From NCBI GenBank assembly GCA_032718475.1, contig JAUCBJ010000764.1, forward strand, positions 14,208 through 78,207: DNA of 64,000 nucleotides. The letters run 5' to 3'. The DNA is from Nemertoderma westbladi. Taxonomy: Eukaryota > Animalia > Xenacoelomorpha. Under the pieces are notes generated by a model that searched no databases, was not told the DNA's origin, and was given only the letters and a program-made list of their open reading frames with translations. Below are positions 14,401 through 29,400 of this stretch, piece after piece. Positions within the stretch are counted from its first letter, which is position 1; every line of letters begins with the position of its first letter. A program made the translations under genes and the position numbers.

Positions 14401-17400
14401 GGGGCCCAGCTGAGGATGCTGGGAACCCGACAGTGGATGCGGGTGGAGCGAGCGAGTCAGGATGAGCGCACAGTGGGGTGGGAGCTGCTGGTGTGCCACG
14501 GACTGGGATCCCAGCCAGTGAATGGGGACCGACTGGACGAGGAGGTTCCAGAAACCCCGAGCCTGTTCGTCGCACCTGAATGACAAGGACATAGATAGAT
14601 AGTTAGATTTATTTATACATTATGTAAAAACAATAACAAATACACCAAACAATGTACCGGTATAAATGTATTGTCCAACATAACATATAGGATTACCCTT
14701 AACAGATTATTTCCAAGGGGGTCCTTACAGGACGACAGCTGGATCACCCACAAGTGAAGATACAGCTATAGTAGATTGGTTGGCCATGAACTATAGCGCC
14801 ATGAGGAGACAGCTGGCCGATGTGAAGGACACAGGTAACTTCGACGGCAACATGATGAGCAGGATTACTGAGGTAAATAACTCTTTAGATCACCTTGTGA
14901 GATCACTCTCTAACCAACAGGCATTCATTATAGCGAGTGATTTGCACAGACTACTGTGTAGTGGTGTATTATATTTTAATATTTTAGTAGTAGGGCCTTA
15001 TAGAGTGACCCATGTGGGGGTGAGAGGAGATACAAGGGAGGGTGGGGGGGAGCAAAACAGCTCCCAAGAACACAGTATAGCGGGGTCAACACCCTCTAAA
15101 ATATTAAGAAGGGTGGCGGCCATTGATGTGGCGAGCCAAAAGCAGGCAATAGAATTAGAGCAAGAAAAAATAGATAGTGAAAATAGGGATATAGAGAGAG
15201 TAAAAAGAGAGAGAGTGGAGCGAGATAGAGATCTAGAAAAGTTGAGAGTGGACCAAGAGGAGGAGGAAGAAGCAGATCAAGATCAACAGGCGGAGTGGGT
15301 GAGAAGGGAAGAGGAATGGGTGAGAAGGGAAGATGAATGGGTGAGAAAGGAAGAGGAACGGGTGAGAAGGGAAGTGGATCAGGAAGACGAACGGGTGAGA
15401 ATATTAGAGGAATGAGTGGAAAGAGTGAGAAAACGAGAAAATAGGGCGAGAGAGGTAAAAAAGAGATTAAATAGGACAGCCATAGAGCAAGAGGAGAGTA
15501 GAAAAATAAGAGAAAGGTTAGCCAAACAGAGTAGAAAGTTACAAGAATGGTGTATAGAGCAGGATAAACTAAATGAATTGGCGAAGGTGGGATTTTCGGT
15601 GAGTGGAAGGAGAGAAAGTAGTATGCGGAGCGGGCGGGGTGAAAGTATTACAGGTAATAAAAGTTTGACATTCAGTAACAATACTACTGTTCTTCATAAG
15701 AAAGTGCAGCAGATGATGATAGACATGATACTTCCTACACCAGTACTATTTTAGGACCCAGCCAGATAATTTCCTACAGCTTTACCAAATAATCAAATTA
15801 AAGACTTCATCAGCATGTTCAAAAAATCAAAAGTGAAGCCTACAGAGCAAAAACAATCATTTAAATAATCAAATAAAAATATATAAATATATCCCACAGA
15901 TCATATTGCCCCCCCCCCCCCTTTAAGTCTCACAATAAACCTAATTTACAGAATGATATAGGATGAATAAAACATTGCTGTTTTATCTGCCCTCAAGTCA
16001 CACTACCTTGAAATATTATTATTGTTATTTGAAATTATTTTGGAGTTGATTAAATAAATAATATAATTTTAATCAACTTTTTTCATAAACTGAAATTACA
16101 TAATAAACTAAACATAGGAGTTGCATACCAGGACAACAGAATCGTATCTCGTAGTCGTTGCAAAAATCCCCATTACCCTGATCGTCGTTCCTACAAACAA
16201 GTCCATCAGCATTATAAATATAGAGACTATCGCCAGTTGTTGATGCGTCAATATGTGTGAAGGTGGTCCTAGCATGAGCAGATGTAGGATACAAGCAGTT
16301 GTTTTCTGTAAACCCTATAAATTAATAATAAATTTGTAATTTATATATATTAATTTATTTTGTAGTGCCACAATAAAATGTTAATAATATAATATAGACT
16401 AATATAGACTATATAAGAATTTTACAATAAATTACAAATGTCATGCACTTTTATTGGGACAACTGGGTAAAATGCTGGGGACTAGGGTGAGACTGGGCTC
16501 CGACTTTTTCAGAATGGGCCTACCTTTTTTTTCTGGTGGACTAGGAGTACCGGTACAGTTACAGAGTTAGGCCTAGAGCAGTAAAGTGGTACGGGTAGGT
16601 AGCTAGTGGCAGACTACTTATGTTGGTATATAACTATATATATAATCGGACAGTATAATTAATATAGATGTTGGTATCAGAAGATTATCTATTATTTATC
16701 ATATCTGCCTGGCCTAAGGCAGTAAGGCCCAACACAGCAGTACTGATGACACAAACATTTTCGTAATTATTTATTTAGCCATATTTATATTATTTCATTA
16801 ATATAATTACCAGTTCATGAATTATATATTTATAATTTATTGATACTGTTTTGGTACTCACATCGCTCAGCCTCTGAATTAGAGGATAATAGTGAACTGA
16901 GTGTTTCCCAATCTCCAGTTCCTCCTGGATTGTCTCTGTCATACCACTGGCTCATTCGACCATCACATTTTTCAGGTGGAGTTGTTATAAAAACTAAGGA
17001 AAATATATTAATCATTATTATCTAATTTTTATTAATATAACTGGGTTAATACTATATGAATAATATATATTATATATTATTTCGCTCGGCCAATGGTTAA
17101 AATTGCACAATATGCACAAATTAAAAATTACAAGTAGTATTAGGGAGAAGACCAACTAGGCTACAAACAGCACTTACAGGAGGCTCGAAAATATTGTACG
17201 CGAGGCGTTCAACACATAAATAAGGTTTTCTAAATTAAAAAGTATATTGAAGTAAAAAGAGTAAATAAATAATTTAAATAAAAACGTACCTAAAAGAAAT
17301 TACATAAATATGTTAAAGTTGCACCATTTTAATAGGTCAAATTCACGTAATTTATTTGTAAAAGTTGCTAAGGTACGGGCCTCAACAATATTTACAGGTA

Positions 17401-20400
17401 ATGAATTCCATATGGGCACCACACGGTTTGAAAAAGAATACTTTGTTATTTGAAGTCTAGAGTAGTTTGTAAACAGTTTAACAGTCAAAATCAAGATCGA
17501 CCAACTGTCTTTCAATTGAATATACCATCTTCAGATCAAAGATTAATCGTCGGACTTCTAGAGGTTGCAGCTTGAGGTACTCTGAACGTTGCAAGTAACT
17601 AGTATTGTGATTACCTAGATGACATCGGGCAAAAAGTCTTCTTGTGAAGTACCTTTGCACCCGTTCAATGAGGTCAATGCTACCTTTCTGGAATGGAGAC
17701 CAGATCAGCGTACAATATTCCAGCAAAGGTCTGACATACGATTTGTATGCAGTTAACATAGCTTTCTGGTTGGATGTATAAAAACAACGAAAAATCATAT
17801 TAATTATTTTAAAAGATTTCACGGCTTGTTCTCAGCAATATTTATCGAACTTGAGATCCGAACAAACGGTAATCCCAAGGTCTCTGCAATTAGTTTCAGA
17901 TAAAAGTAAATTACCATTTAAAAAATAACTAGTTTTACTATTATTTGCACCAATATATATTACTGTACATTTATGGGCAGCAACCTTTAATTGCCACTCA
18001 CTAGCCCACCACTCAAGAGACTCAAGTGCCGTTATCAACGGCACTTAATTGGCTATCAACGGTTGGTGCATACAACATCGTCGGCAAAGAGTTTACTTTT
18101 GCAAGTTCCTAGTACCTCCGGTAGATCATTGATAAAAAGTACAAATAGTATAGGTCCTAACACGCTCCCCTGGATAGTTCCAGAACGGACTGAGCACACA
18201 TCTGAAAAATAATTACCAACAAGTACACGTTGGGTTCTGTTCGATAAAAAAGCCGTTAGCCAAGCTAAAAGATCACCAGTGATACCATAACTAGATAATT
18301 TACAAATAAGCTTAGAATGCACCACAGAATCAAACGCCTTGGCAAAATCTATGTAAATTATATCAATATTGTTCCGTTTATCTACTAAATTGTACCATTG
18401 TGTTACACATTCCAACAACTGAGTAAAGGTTGACCTACGTTTTAAAAATCCATATTGTGCCCCTGTAATTATTTTATTAGTTTGTAAGTACTCGGTAAGT
18501 TCCAGCTTAATGCATGCTTCCATGATTTTGCATGTTACACAAGTAAGGGAAACTGGTCTATAATTGTACGGGTCGGATGGATCACCCTTATTAAATATTG
18601 GTATTATGTTGGCTGTTAACCAAATCGAAGGAAGAGCATGTGTTTCGAATGAAACTATAAATAATGCAGCCAGCGGCGTTGCAAGGCAACGAGCTAGCTT
18701 CACAAATAAGATACTGGGTAACCCATCAGGTGTACGCCCAGTTTTACATGGTAAACGCCGTAAAATAGAAAACACCTTAGGTGCACTAAATCCACAGTTG
18801 ATTTATTTACATTAATAGGGACCCTGCGAGAGAATGCGGGACAAGATCCGTTATCATTTGTAAAATCCTCAGATAAAACCTGAGATAAAAGTTTAGCTTT
18901 AGAAGCGTCGTCAACAATTAAATTACCATTACATTGTAAAGGGGCAATACCCGACTTATTACTGCGTTTCGAGTTTACATACTCGAATGTTGCATCCGGG
19001 TTACCCGAACTTAATATTTTATTTTCCCTAGTGCAGGCCGCTCTAAATGCTGCCTGTGAAACAGCCTTGGCCGCTCTTTTATATGCGGCTTGGCCGCCTT
19101 CCGTGTGTCTACGCCTCCAAAGGCATTTCTTGCTCCTTTGCAGTTGTTTTACATAAGTCGGATAATGAGTTTTATTATTCCCCTTAATGGTTTTAAAAGG
19201 CACAAACTGATCAATTCCTGCTTTTAACACCATACAAAAATTACCCCAAAAATCATTTATGGTAGTAAGTACACGAGCTATATAAATGATGCCAATCAGT
19301 ATTATCCAGATAGGCAGAAAAATTTGTAAAATCTCCTTTGGCAAAATCGTAAAACCCCAATGGTTTACATTGGGCAAATTGCCCGGGCGCTAAAATATTA
19401 AAATACACCGAATCATGGTCACTCGTAGAAAACGGTTCGTCAACTGACACACTAGATACAACTAATAATAACCGATAACCGATAAACAGAAACGATCCGT
19501 AATGGATCATTTCCTATAAGGTCAACTGCTACTATTTCCGCTTCATCATACAGCTGAGATAAACGAACCTTTATACATTTAATATAATTGCGGACAAGGA
19601 TAGCCACCCCACCACCTCTACTTGGGCGGTCATTTCTAAATACTTGAAATTGTTTATCCCCAGAGATCGCTGCGTCTGGTAGACTATCGTCAGTCCAAGT
19701 TTCGTTTATCCCTATTATATCTGAATCCGTGTTGTTTAAAAACAGATTTAAATCCGCTAGTTTGTTATTTAGAGAAAACTAACGCGCGTTAAAAAAACAG
19801 CAATTAATCAGAGGTTTCTCATTCTGATCTTCTCCCCCAGTTAGTTTTCCTGTGCCTGTGGACGATGGCGCCAGTCCCGTTCCTGTTTCCATCTGCCATC
19901 AGTTTGTTTAGCGAACTTCCAAATTGTTCCATCTTGTCTGAGACTGTAGCTTTCTGTAACGTTGGTTCCTTGTGCTTGCTTCGTATCCTTGTTTAAGTTG
20001 AAAACTATCTTTGAGCGATCTTTATATATCTTCCGCTGTTCGAGCGATTGACTCGCTCGAACTCGAATCTCAGAGTTGATAGAAGACACTTCTTCTTTCC
20101 TCGCCTTTTCGATGTTGGTTCGGAATAGTCGGGAATCTTGTTCCGTTTTAAAGGATACCTTGACTAACCTATCCGAGTCTGGATTCTTCCGTCCTAGACG
20201 TGTTACTTCGGTAACCAATGTCGGTTCTACACCCGCATGGGTGCAAAGACTGGTTACCTCGGTTTTATCGAAATCGTTGTCGTCTGAGTCCTTTAATCTC
20301 GCAATTATCGCTTCTTTTTTCAACTGTTCGCCGCGGAATACTTCCCGAATGGAGGACTCTACCACTTTGGCTAGCGGAGCGGACGAGCCCGGGTTCAGAC

Positions 20401-23400
20401 CTCATCCTCCGCTTCCAGGCATGTTTCCACCCTTATCATTGGCAGGATTTTTCATCATTTTCAGTTCCTCAGAGACCGATTTGAGTAATTCCGTTTGTGA
20501 TGCGACGAGTTTACTCAAACTAGTGACTTGGTTGTCCAACCCCATAGTGGGTGGGTTGGGCTTTACCGTCCCTTTTTTATGTAAGCTACCATGACAAGCG
20601 CGACATAGATAAACCCAGGGAGTGTACTCCTCGGGATGATGTAATGTTGCGTCATCGTAAAATTTTACGGCACCATTTAATTGCCTTGAGGGCAAGGCAT
20701 TAAATGCGCATTGGTAACATACCCAATGTGTACAGCCGGCACATCCTACCCAGCGATCGTGGAAGGAGGATGGTGGTCGGGAACACACCTCGCAGTGGGT
20801 TGGATCCTCAAACTCGTCGACTTTCTTTTTACGACCCCCCTTCCGCTGTTTCGCTGGATTAATGTTCTGACTGGGACTGGGACTTTTGTAGTTATCCGTG
20901 CCTTGGCCGTCATCTTCTACATTACCATGGCATTGCTGAAAATGGTCGTTGAGACTAACAGTATTCGCGAAAAACCCGTTACATTCCTCACACTCCTTCA
21001 GAGTGGAAAAGTTTGGGATTTTTTTCCCTGGCCCTGATTTATTGCTCGACCTCGTCTTCATTGTGGTTGTAGTGTTCTGTAATAAGTTCAGAAGTTCCCT
21101 GTATCGTATCTTGTAATTCCGTATTCCTGTATTCAAACTAATTCAATTCCAAAATTCAAACTAGTACCGGTATTATGGTAAAGCAGGTACAGCAGATTAC
21201 ACTTTTAAAGAATTGCGGAACCTATAGTTATGCTGTAGGCCTACTACAATAACAAGAAATAACCTATAAGAACCTACTAACCTACTACTATAATAAGAAA
21301 TATAAATAAAATAAATAATATAATATGAATATAGCTATTGATAATGATATTCAATTAATATCGAAATATATTTAGGTAGCTAATTATTTTATAAAGAAAT
21401 AAACATTATTTCATCTCCGACAATTAACAACTGCTTATAATATAATATGATATATTTCTACACAGTCTAGTCAACCATCAGTCAGTATCTTATCTTGTTT
21501 TCAGCTAAAAACAACTATATGCCATATTGGCCTATATACTGCAAAGTGGTACTTCTCACTCAGCTTGGAGTAATTCACCATCAAAGCACTGATAAGTTGA
21601 TCTTATGGCAAAATAGTCATTTAACCAAGGTTAAATTACTTATCAGCAATGGAGATTATTAAATGCTGAGGTCAAACAGAGATCCTAGTCAACCATGAGT
21701 AGTAAATTCTTTGATATTATAGAAGTGTATGAGCCGATTGTTCAAAGCTCCCTTAAAGTTAAGGGATCCCTTAACTTTAAGGTTTCATCGCTAAATGTCC
21801 ATTTAACTTTAATTTCGGTTGCTCAAAAGTTAAATGTACATTTAACTTTTATAAGTTAAGGGAAAACTCCATGGTTTCTAGAAAGAAAATTCATTTTAGC
21901 TATAAATTTACAAAGGATAACTTGTTTTTTAATAGTTAATTTTAATGGTTATTTATTTGCATTATACTACCATTATGGCATTCGTTCCTCTCTTGATTAA
22001 TCTCAGTACAAGAAAGAAAGTTAGAAAAAATAGAACTAAAATAAATCCAATGAATTACTATAATAGCACTGAATTCTTCCAGCGCTACCGTTTTACAAAG
22101 CCAACATTTGCCTACACGATCTAAAACGTCAAACTAAGCGCAACGAAGCTTTGAGTGTTGAGTTACAGCTAGCAGTTACTCTGAGGTTTTACGCATCGGG
22201 TTCCTTCCAGAATGTGGTTGGTGACACATTTCCAATATTGAATCAGTCTTGTGTTAGCAGGACAATTTTTCGAGTAACGAATGCTCTCCTGAAACATTTA
22301 AATATATTCATATGTTTGCCAACCGGCGAAGCTAATTTGCAGAAACTTAAGGACTTCTTTGCAGTTGCTGGTGTCCCTGGCGTAGTTGGCGCGATCGATT
22401 GTTCTCATGTGAAGATAATACCACCGCCTGGGGACCAGAGTGTCTACTACGTCAACCGCAAAGGTTACTATAGTGTCAATTTTCAAGCCATCTGTGATGC
22501 AAATTGCATATTTCTGAACATTGTTACCGATTGGCCTGGCAGTGTGCACGACTCGCGTGTTTTAAAGAATAGTAAAGTTGGAATTGATTTCGCAACCGGC
22601 AAACGTAACGGAATTCTGTTGGGAGACAGCAGGTATCCTTGTCAGCGTTGGCTACTCACCCCACTCCTAGAGCCAGAGATAGAAGCGAGGGCGGAAAGGC
22701 GTTATAATACAGCCCATAAGAAAACCAGGAATGTGGTAGAACACCCATTTGGTATCCTCAAACGTCAGTTTCACTGCCTCCATGGTGAAATGAGAATGCG
22801 ACCCAAGAAAGTATGTTGCATTATTGTAGCATGCGCGATACTACATAACATTGCTATGATGCGGGACTATGACGAGGCTATGACGCCTCAGAGGCAAGAG
22901 CCTCATACCTGTTGCCCAGCTGTAGTGTGAAGCTGGATCTCACACTTGGCTGTTGCAACAGAGAGGACCACTCATTCCGCGGCAAGGCAAATTTCGTTGT
23001 TCTGCTAGCACGCAGACATGACGACAAGAGGAAGCCATTGTGGAGAGAAACATTATTATATTAATTTATACAGGTACAGTACTGTTAATATACCAAATAT
23101 ATACAAAGTAAATAATATACATTGTCGCTGAACTATGGCCAGCGGACACGGTAGGCTACGAATTGGTACCGGTACCTACAACCCAGTACAGAATAGGAAA
23201 CACGGAAATTTACTTTCACTTTACAGAGTTTTCCCTTAAATGTACATTTAAATATCTTAAATGTACATTTAGTTAAATGTACATTTAAAATCATTTCAAT
23301 AACCCGATTTTGATTGGTTGAAATGTCCATTTAACTAAATGTGCATTTAAGATATTTAAATGTACATTTAAAGTTAAATGTACATTTAGTTTGAACAACC

Positions 23401-26400
23401 GGGCCTATGACTAATACAGTGATCATTATTGTTAATATCCATCCAGTCAGTTATAGAGCTGAAATTTTGTTAAGAGTTTTCGAAAGATACTAATCCCCTA
23501 CACCCTTTTTTAATGGTCTAAGTATATAGTTATGATCATTTCTACCTGGGATATACTGGTACTTTTCACTATATATATGAATGTTAGAAATCAATCGTGT
23601 CTTTGTTCAATAGACAAAAACTATAATGATCTAAGAGACAACAACTATAATGATCTAAGCTAAGACTCACATCTGTTTAATGATACTAATATTCAGCATT
23701 TAATAATTAGAACGTAGGAAATTATTATTGTACTGTGTTGTTTATAGTACCTACCTGGACAACAGTAACGTATCTCGTAATCGCTACACTGATGTCCATC
23801 ACTCTGATCATTGTTTTTACAAACTAGACCATCAGCTGAATACATTGATAGAGTGTCTCCAGTTGTCCAGGGGTCAATATGAGTGTTAACTGTCCTTCCT
23901 TCGGAAGATGTTGGCTCCAAGCAGTGGTGTTCAAAAAACCCTGTTAATATTTATTATTATTTTTTATGTGGGGTAAGTTACAGAATGATTAAGTTGATAT
24001 TGTAACAGTAAATAAAGACATACGAAATAAAATTCCAATTAACAGAGTCACATATCAATCTGAAATAAATAGTAAAATGTTTGAAGAAAGAACTTCGGTT
24101 GGCAGAAGAGGCCTTGTATGTATTGTATTGTATATGTATTGTATAATTTCCACAGAAGTGTAAGGGAACAACATAGATATAACAAAAATATAGATTACTT
24201 AAATATAATAAGTACCAGTAGGTAGTGGTATGGGAATTCTGGCAAAGTAGAGGCAGACAGTTTGTGCAGATCAGTTGTCTCACTACAAGAAGGGAGGCTG
24301 GCTTAAAGCCATCAATCAGCGCTAGACAATACTAACCCAAGCCAAGAGGAGTTCTCTGGCATATCTGCAAGTGAATTGTGATGTATGTGGATGAGCCCTG
24401 AGCAGGGCATGACATGCCCTGAGTCAACACCAGTTGGCATTCGAGAGCTGATGGCCTTCTGAAGTTGGGCCTTCTTCAATTAATAGGTGAAGTCCGAGAA
24501 GATCTGTAGCTTGTGGACCTGTAGATTGTTGGTGTGGGGTCTGGGCTAATCAAAGGTAGTGTTGTTCTATATGCATTAATTAATGCAGATGCTATCTTGT
24601 ATGCCTGTACCAACTGACCAAAGTATCTCATCATTAGGGAATAATTTGACAATGCTGCAGTTGTCTCAACTTCTTGATTTTACACAAGTGCCACAGTTTG
24701 TCAGGGTACTAGTAGCATGTGTATTTTTATTGTCAATTTTTATTGATTTTTTATGTTGTATTTTATGACCAATTTACAATTATATTTATATAATATGGTT
24801 GATTGTATCAATTTTTTTGTTTGCTTCTGTTTTTTATGATAGCTAGTGGTATTTTAATGGTAGCTAGTCTTTGTTTAAACCATAGGTAATTTAGGATAAA
24901 ATAGTATAAATATATATAAAAATTCATTTAATCATTGTTTTGTTACATCTTACAGAAACAAATAATGGTAAATGTATTACTATAAAAACAGTTTTATTAG
25001 TTGAATTTTTTTCACAGTGGGTAGTTTGTCCTTCATCTTCAAGAGGTCTGTAAATGGAGACTCTTCATGAAGTAATCTCCAATGATACTCTGCAAGGGGA
25101 TTTTCTAGCAAGGTCGTGTTGTTCCATTCTGTTTCCTCATCATGATTAGCTTTGCGTGCTTCCAAAGACACCATATCTTTTACGAACCCAAGGTTGTGCA
25201 GTGTAGGAGCTACCATCGTGTTGGCATTGAGACTCACTTGATCTTGCGGGCAAAAGTCACAAGATTGTCCAAACTCTATTGCACTTTCCCCGTTCTTAAT
25301 TTTTTCAGCAATTTAAATTATATTTAAATCTTTTGAATATCTGGCATTGAAATGGTGGTTAGAATCGGTCAGAGTTAGCCATGAGTAGTGCACCGTTGAA
25401 AAACAGTTAAACGTTTGCTCAACTAAAACTAAAAATATGTTCTAGAATAGAGTTGTTATAGTTAAACAAGTTTTTATAACATATTTCATTGAAAAGATGT
25501 CCAAAAATTAATTTACAAATGCATAAAAAATCAATAAAAATTTGGGACACATGCTACTAGTACCTTTGTCAGTGCATATTGACTAAAGCAGGCATCACAT
25601 AAATGATGTATAGATTAATATGCAATGTTTGTATTAGAGCAAATCAAGCATTAGGCCTAACATAATGTGTAGTATTTCTATATGGTACATACAAGTAAGT
25701 TTGGTATTGGAGGTTGTGGGTTCGATCCCAACATGGGGAGGGGGAGAGGGCAGGGCAGCTTTCGTTATGGCATGAATGCATTATGGACTAGACAGGGCGC
25801 AACTCAGCCTTGCCTTAAATGGTAGCTAAATGATTACTGGAGTTTCCTCTGGTGAGTATAGTTATGGAGGGACTGCACTGTAAATGAAATTGTCAGAATA
25901 TGCTGGAATACTTATACAAATAACATGCACCACAATAATGGTCTGTTTCATTAACAACATGAATATGATATTATTTAAAATTAATTATAAAAGCTACTAA
26001 CATTGTTCAGCTTGTGCATTTGATGACATTAGTGAATTTAGATCCTCCCAGTCACCAGTTCCTGATGGATTATCTCTATCATACCAGTGACTCATTAGTC
26101 CAGGACATTGCTGATTGATTTCTACAGAAAAGTAGTACAATAGTGCAGTGTTACATGGGATTGATCTAGGGAGATATTAAGTACAGATTACAATTTTTGT
26201 TTTTAAATATATGCAGTTGGTGAAGTGTTGCTCTATTATTAATCTATAGCATTGACAGTGAGTTGCTATATGATTTTCCATATGTGTATAGGCGCGATAT
26301 AAATATATGTTATTATTATTTATTAATAAAAAAAATATAGAATTTTATTATTATATATCTGCCACCCAGGAGCCCCAATCTCACTGCTTCCTCCTACATA

Positions 26401-29400
26401 GGCTTGCCATCAACATCCTGGTCGGCAATGCGGCCTCCATCATGGGGACCGTGGACCCCTCTCTCACCAACAGCGAGAGACTCTACGAGGTGGTCCACGG
26501 CCCACAGTAGACCGATCAGCATATTGCAGAGTGCTACTAATACATGCAAGTATGTAAATACTTAATACCATATTGCATTACTATCACAGTGAAAATGAAG
26601 TTGTCTGGTAGTGTCAAAATGTTTAATCAGGAAATGATTACTTTATTCTACTGATAACAGAATAATTGTAATAACTTGTTTATTTAATACACAATAGCTT
26701 TCATTATAAATGTTTGTCACAGTATAAAAACATTCCAGGACAGCAGTATTTATTGTACTACATACCAGGACAGCAGTATCGTACTACATAGGGGCCTACC
26801 AGGACAGCAGTATCATACTACATACCAGGACAGCAGTATCGTACTACATACCAGGACAGCAGTATCGTACTACATACCAGGACAGCAGTATCATAATATA
26901 TACCAGGACAGCAGTATCGTACTACATACCAGGACAGCAGTATCATAATATATACCAGGACAACAGTATCGTACTACATACCAGGACAGCAGTATCATAC
27001 TACATAGGGGCCTACCAGGACAGCAGTATCATACTACATACCAGGACAGCAGTTTTGTACTACATACCAGGACAACAGTATCGTACTACATACCAGGACA
27101 GCAGTATCATACTACATAGGGGCCTACCAGGACAGCAGTATCGTACTACATACCAGGACAACAGTACCGCAATACATACCAGGACAACAGTATCATAATA
27201 CTTACCAGGACAGCAGTATCGTACTACATACCAGGACAGCAGTACCGTACTACATACCAGGACAGCAGTATTGTACTACATACCAGGACAGCAGTATCGT
27301 ACTACATACAAGGACAGCAGTATCGTACTACATACCAGGACAGCAGTATCGTACAACATACCAGGACAGCAGTATCGTACTACATACCAGGACAGCAGTA
27401 TCGTACAACATACCAGGACAGCAGTATCATACTACATACAAGGACAGCGGTATCGTACTACATACCAGGACAGCAGTATCGTACGACATACCAAGACAGC
27501 AGTATCATACTACATACCAGGACAGCAGTATCGTACGACATACCAGGACAGCAGTATCGTACTACATACCAGGACAGCAGTATCGTACAACATACCAGGA
27601 CAGCAGTATTGTACAACATACCAGGACAGCAGTATCGTACTACATACCAGGACAGCAGTATCGTACAACATACCAGGACAGCAGGCAGCGAGCAGATTGC
27701 TGAAATTAGCATGTGCCGATCTTTCCCTATTTATGGCACTTTCTTAGGCTTACTTCCTTATGCTTATCCTGGCTTATGGCCGGGATTCAGCAATGTAATA
27801 AAATGTCTTTTTGGAATTTTTATCTTGTAGTTGCCAAGGTAACCGGGTGCAAAGTTCAAATTTCGAGCGCCTGTAATTCAAGACGACAAGGGCTTCTGTT
27901 CTTGAGATTTGGTATATGAGTAAAGGGAATAAAAGTCTATCAAAATATTTTAAATTTAAATTTTTTTTTCAATCCCGTTTCCATGGTGACGGAAATTACG
28001 ATAATTTCCGAATATGACCACCAGATAGAAATTGGGTTACCATTTACGACGTATATAATTTTCAACAAACATGCCTGGTGGCTGTTGGACAGTTTAGTTT
28101 ATTGGCAAATATTGAATTTTACAAATATGATTCATAATTGACGAATTATAAAATAAAATGTAGGCAATTTTAACTTATTATTTAGACTGACAAACCGAAT
28201 AAAAATTGTGTTTTATAGAATTGGTAGACAATTTTTCAAATTTTTCATTATACTTATGTCCATGCCAACGGGAATGTAAACAAATTCAAATGTAAAATAT
28301 TTTCATAGTCTTTTATTTCCTTACCTACCAAATCTCAAGGAAAGAATCCATTGTCGCCTTGAAATACAGGTGCGCAAAGTTTGATAATTGCACATTGATG
28401 ATGTACATTGATCTTGGCAACTACAAGATAAAAATTCCAGAAAGTCATTTTATTACATTTCTATGAACCCTAGTCATCATATCCACCTAACAAAAGTAGC
28501 ATAAAATATGTTTCTAAGGAAATATTATGAAAAATGGTGCCATAAATAGGGAAAAGATCGGCCCACGCTAATTTCAGCAATCTGCTCGCTGCATGACCGG
28601 TTATTTACACTACATACCAGGACAACAGTATCGTAATACATACCAGGACAGCAGTATCGTAATACATACCAGGACAGCAGTATCATACGACATACCAGGA
28701 CAGCAGTATCGTAATACATACCAGGACAGCAGTAACGAATCTCATAATCCTGACACTGATGACCATCACTCTGATCATCGTTTTTACAAACTAAACCATC
28801 AGCTGAATACATTGATAGAGTGTCTCCAGTTGCCCAGGGGTCAATATGTGTTAGTATTGTCCTCCCTTCTGAAGCAGTGGGTTCCAAGCAATTATGTTCC
28901 TTAAACCCTAAAAAATTATTGTAGCACAATTATTGTCAAAAAGTAGTCCTTGATAAAGCAAAACTATATAAAGTAGTTTATAAAATGTAAAAATTATTAG
29001 GGATGTTGCAAATGTCATATTTTTTACATCCACGGATCCGTGGGGGGGGGGGGGGGGGGGGATAATTGTTTTTGGGGGATGAATAATTGTTTTTAGGGAA
29101 TGAATAATTGATTTTGGGGGATGAATAATTGTTTTTGGTTGGGGAATGAATAATTGATTTTGGGGGATGAATAATTGTTTTTGGGGGGTGAATAATTGTT
29201 TTTGGTGATATAGATATTCAAAATTGAGGGATGCACATTAGTGCAACAAAAAAGATATTTGGTGCTAAATATTTTTTTTGGTGTGAAATCATCTCATTTG
29301 GGCATTCTATTAGATTACTTCGGATCTTCTCCCCCCCCCCCCCCCCCCCCCCACCCCAAAAAAAAACAATCATTCATCCCTCAAAAACAATTATTCATTC

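Noticed and set aside
5621-20404. In-frame TGA in ORF1 of both LINEs as programmed readthrough or selenocysteine
   Set aside because: Both elements carry other frameshifts or truncations, so ordinary decay explains the stops.
22151-22930. Domesticated HARBI1 gene
   Set aside because: Flanked by TIRs and a TSD, frameshifted at the 5' end and disrupted at the 3' end, so it is a transposon relic.
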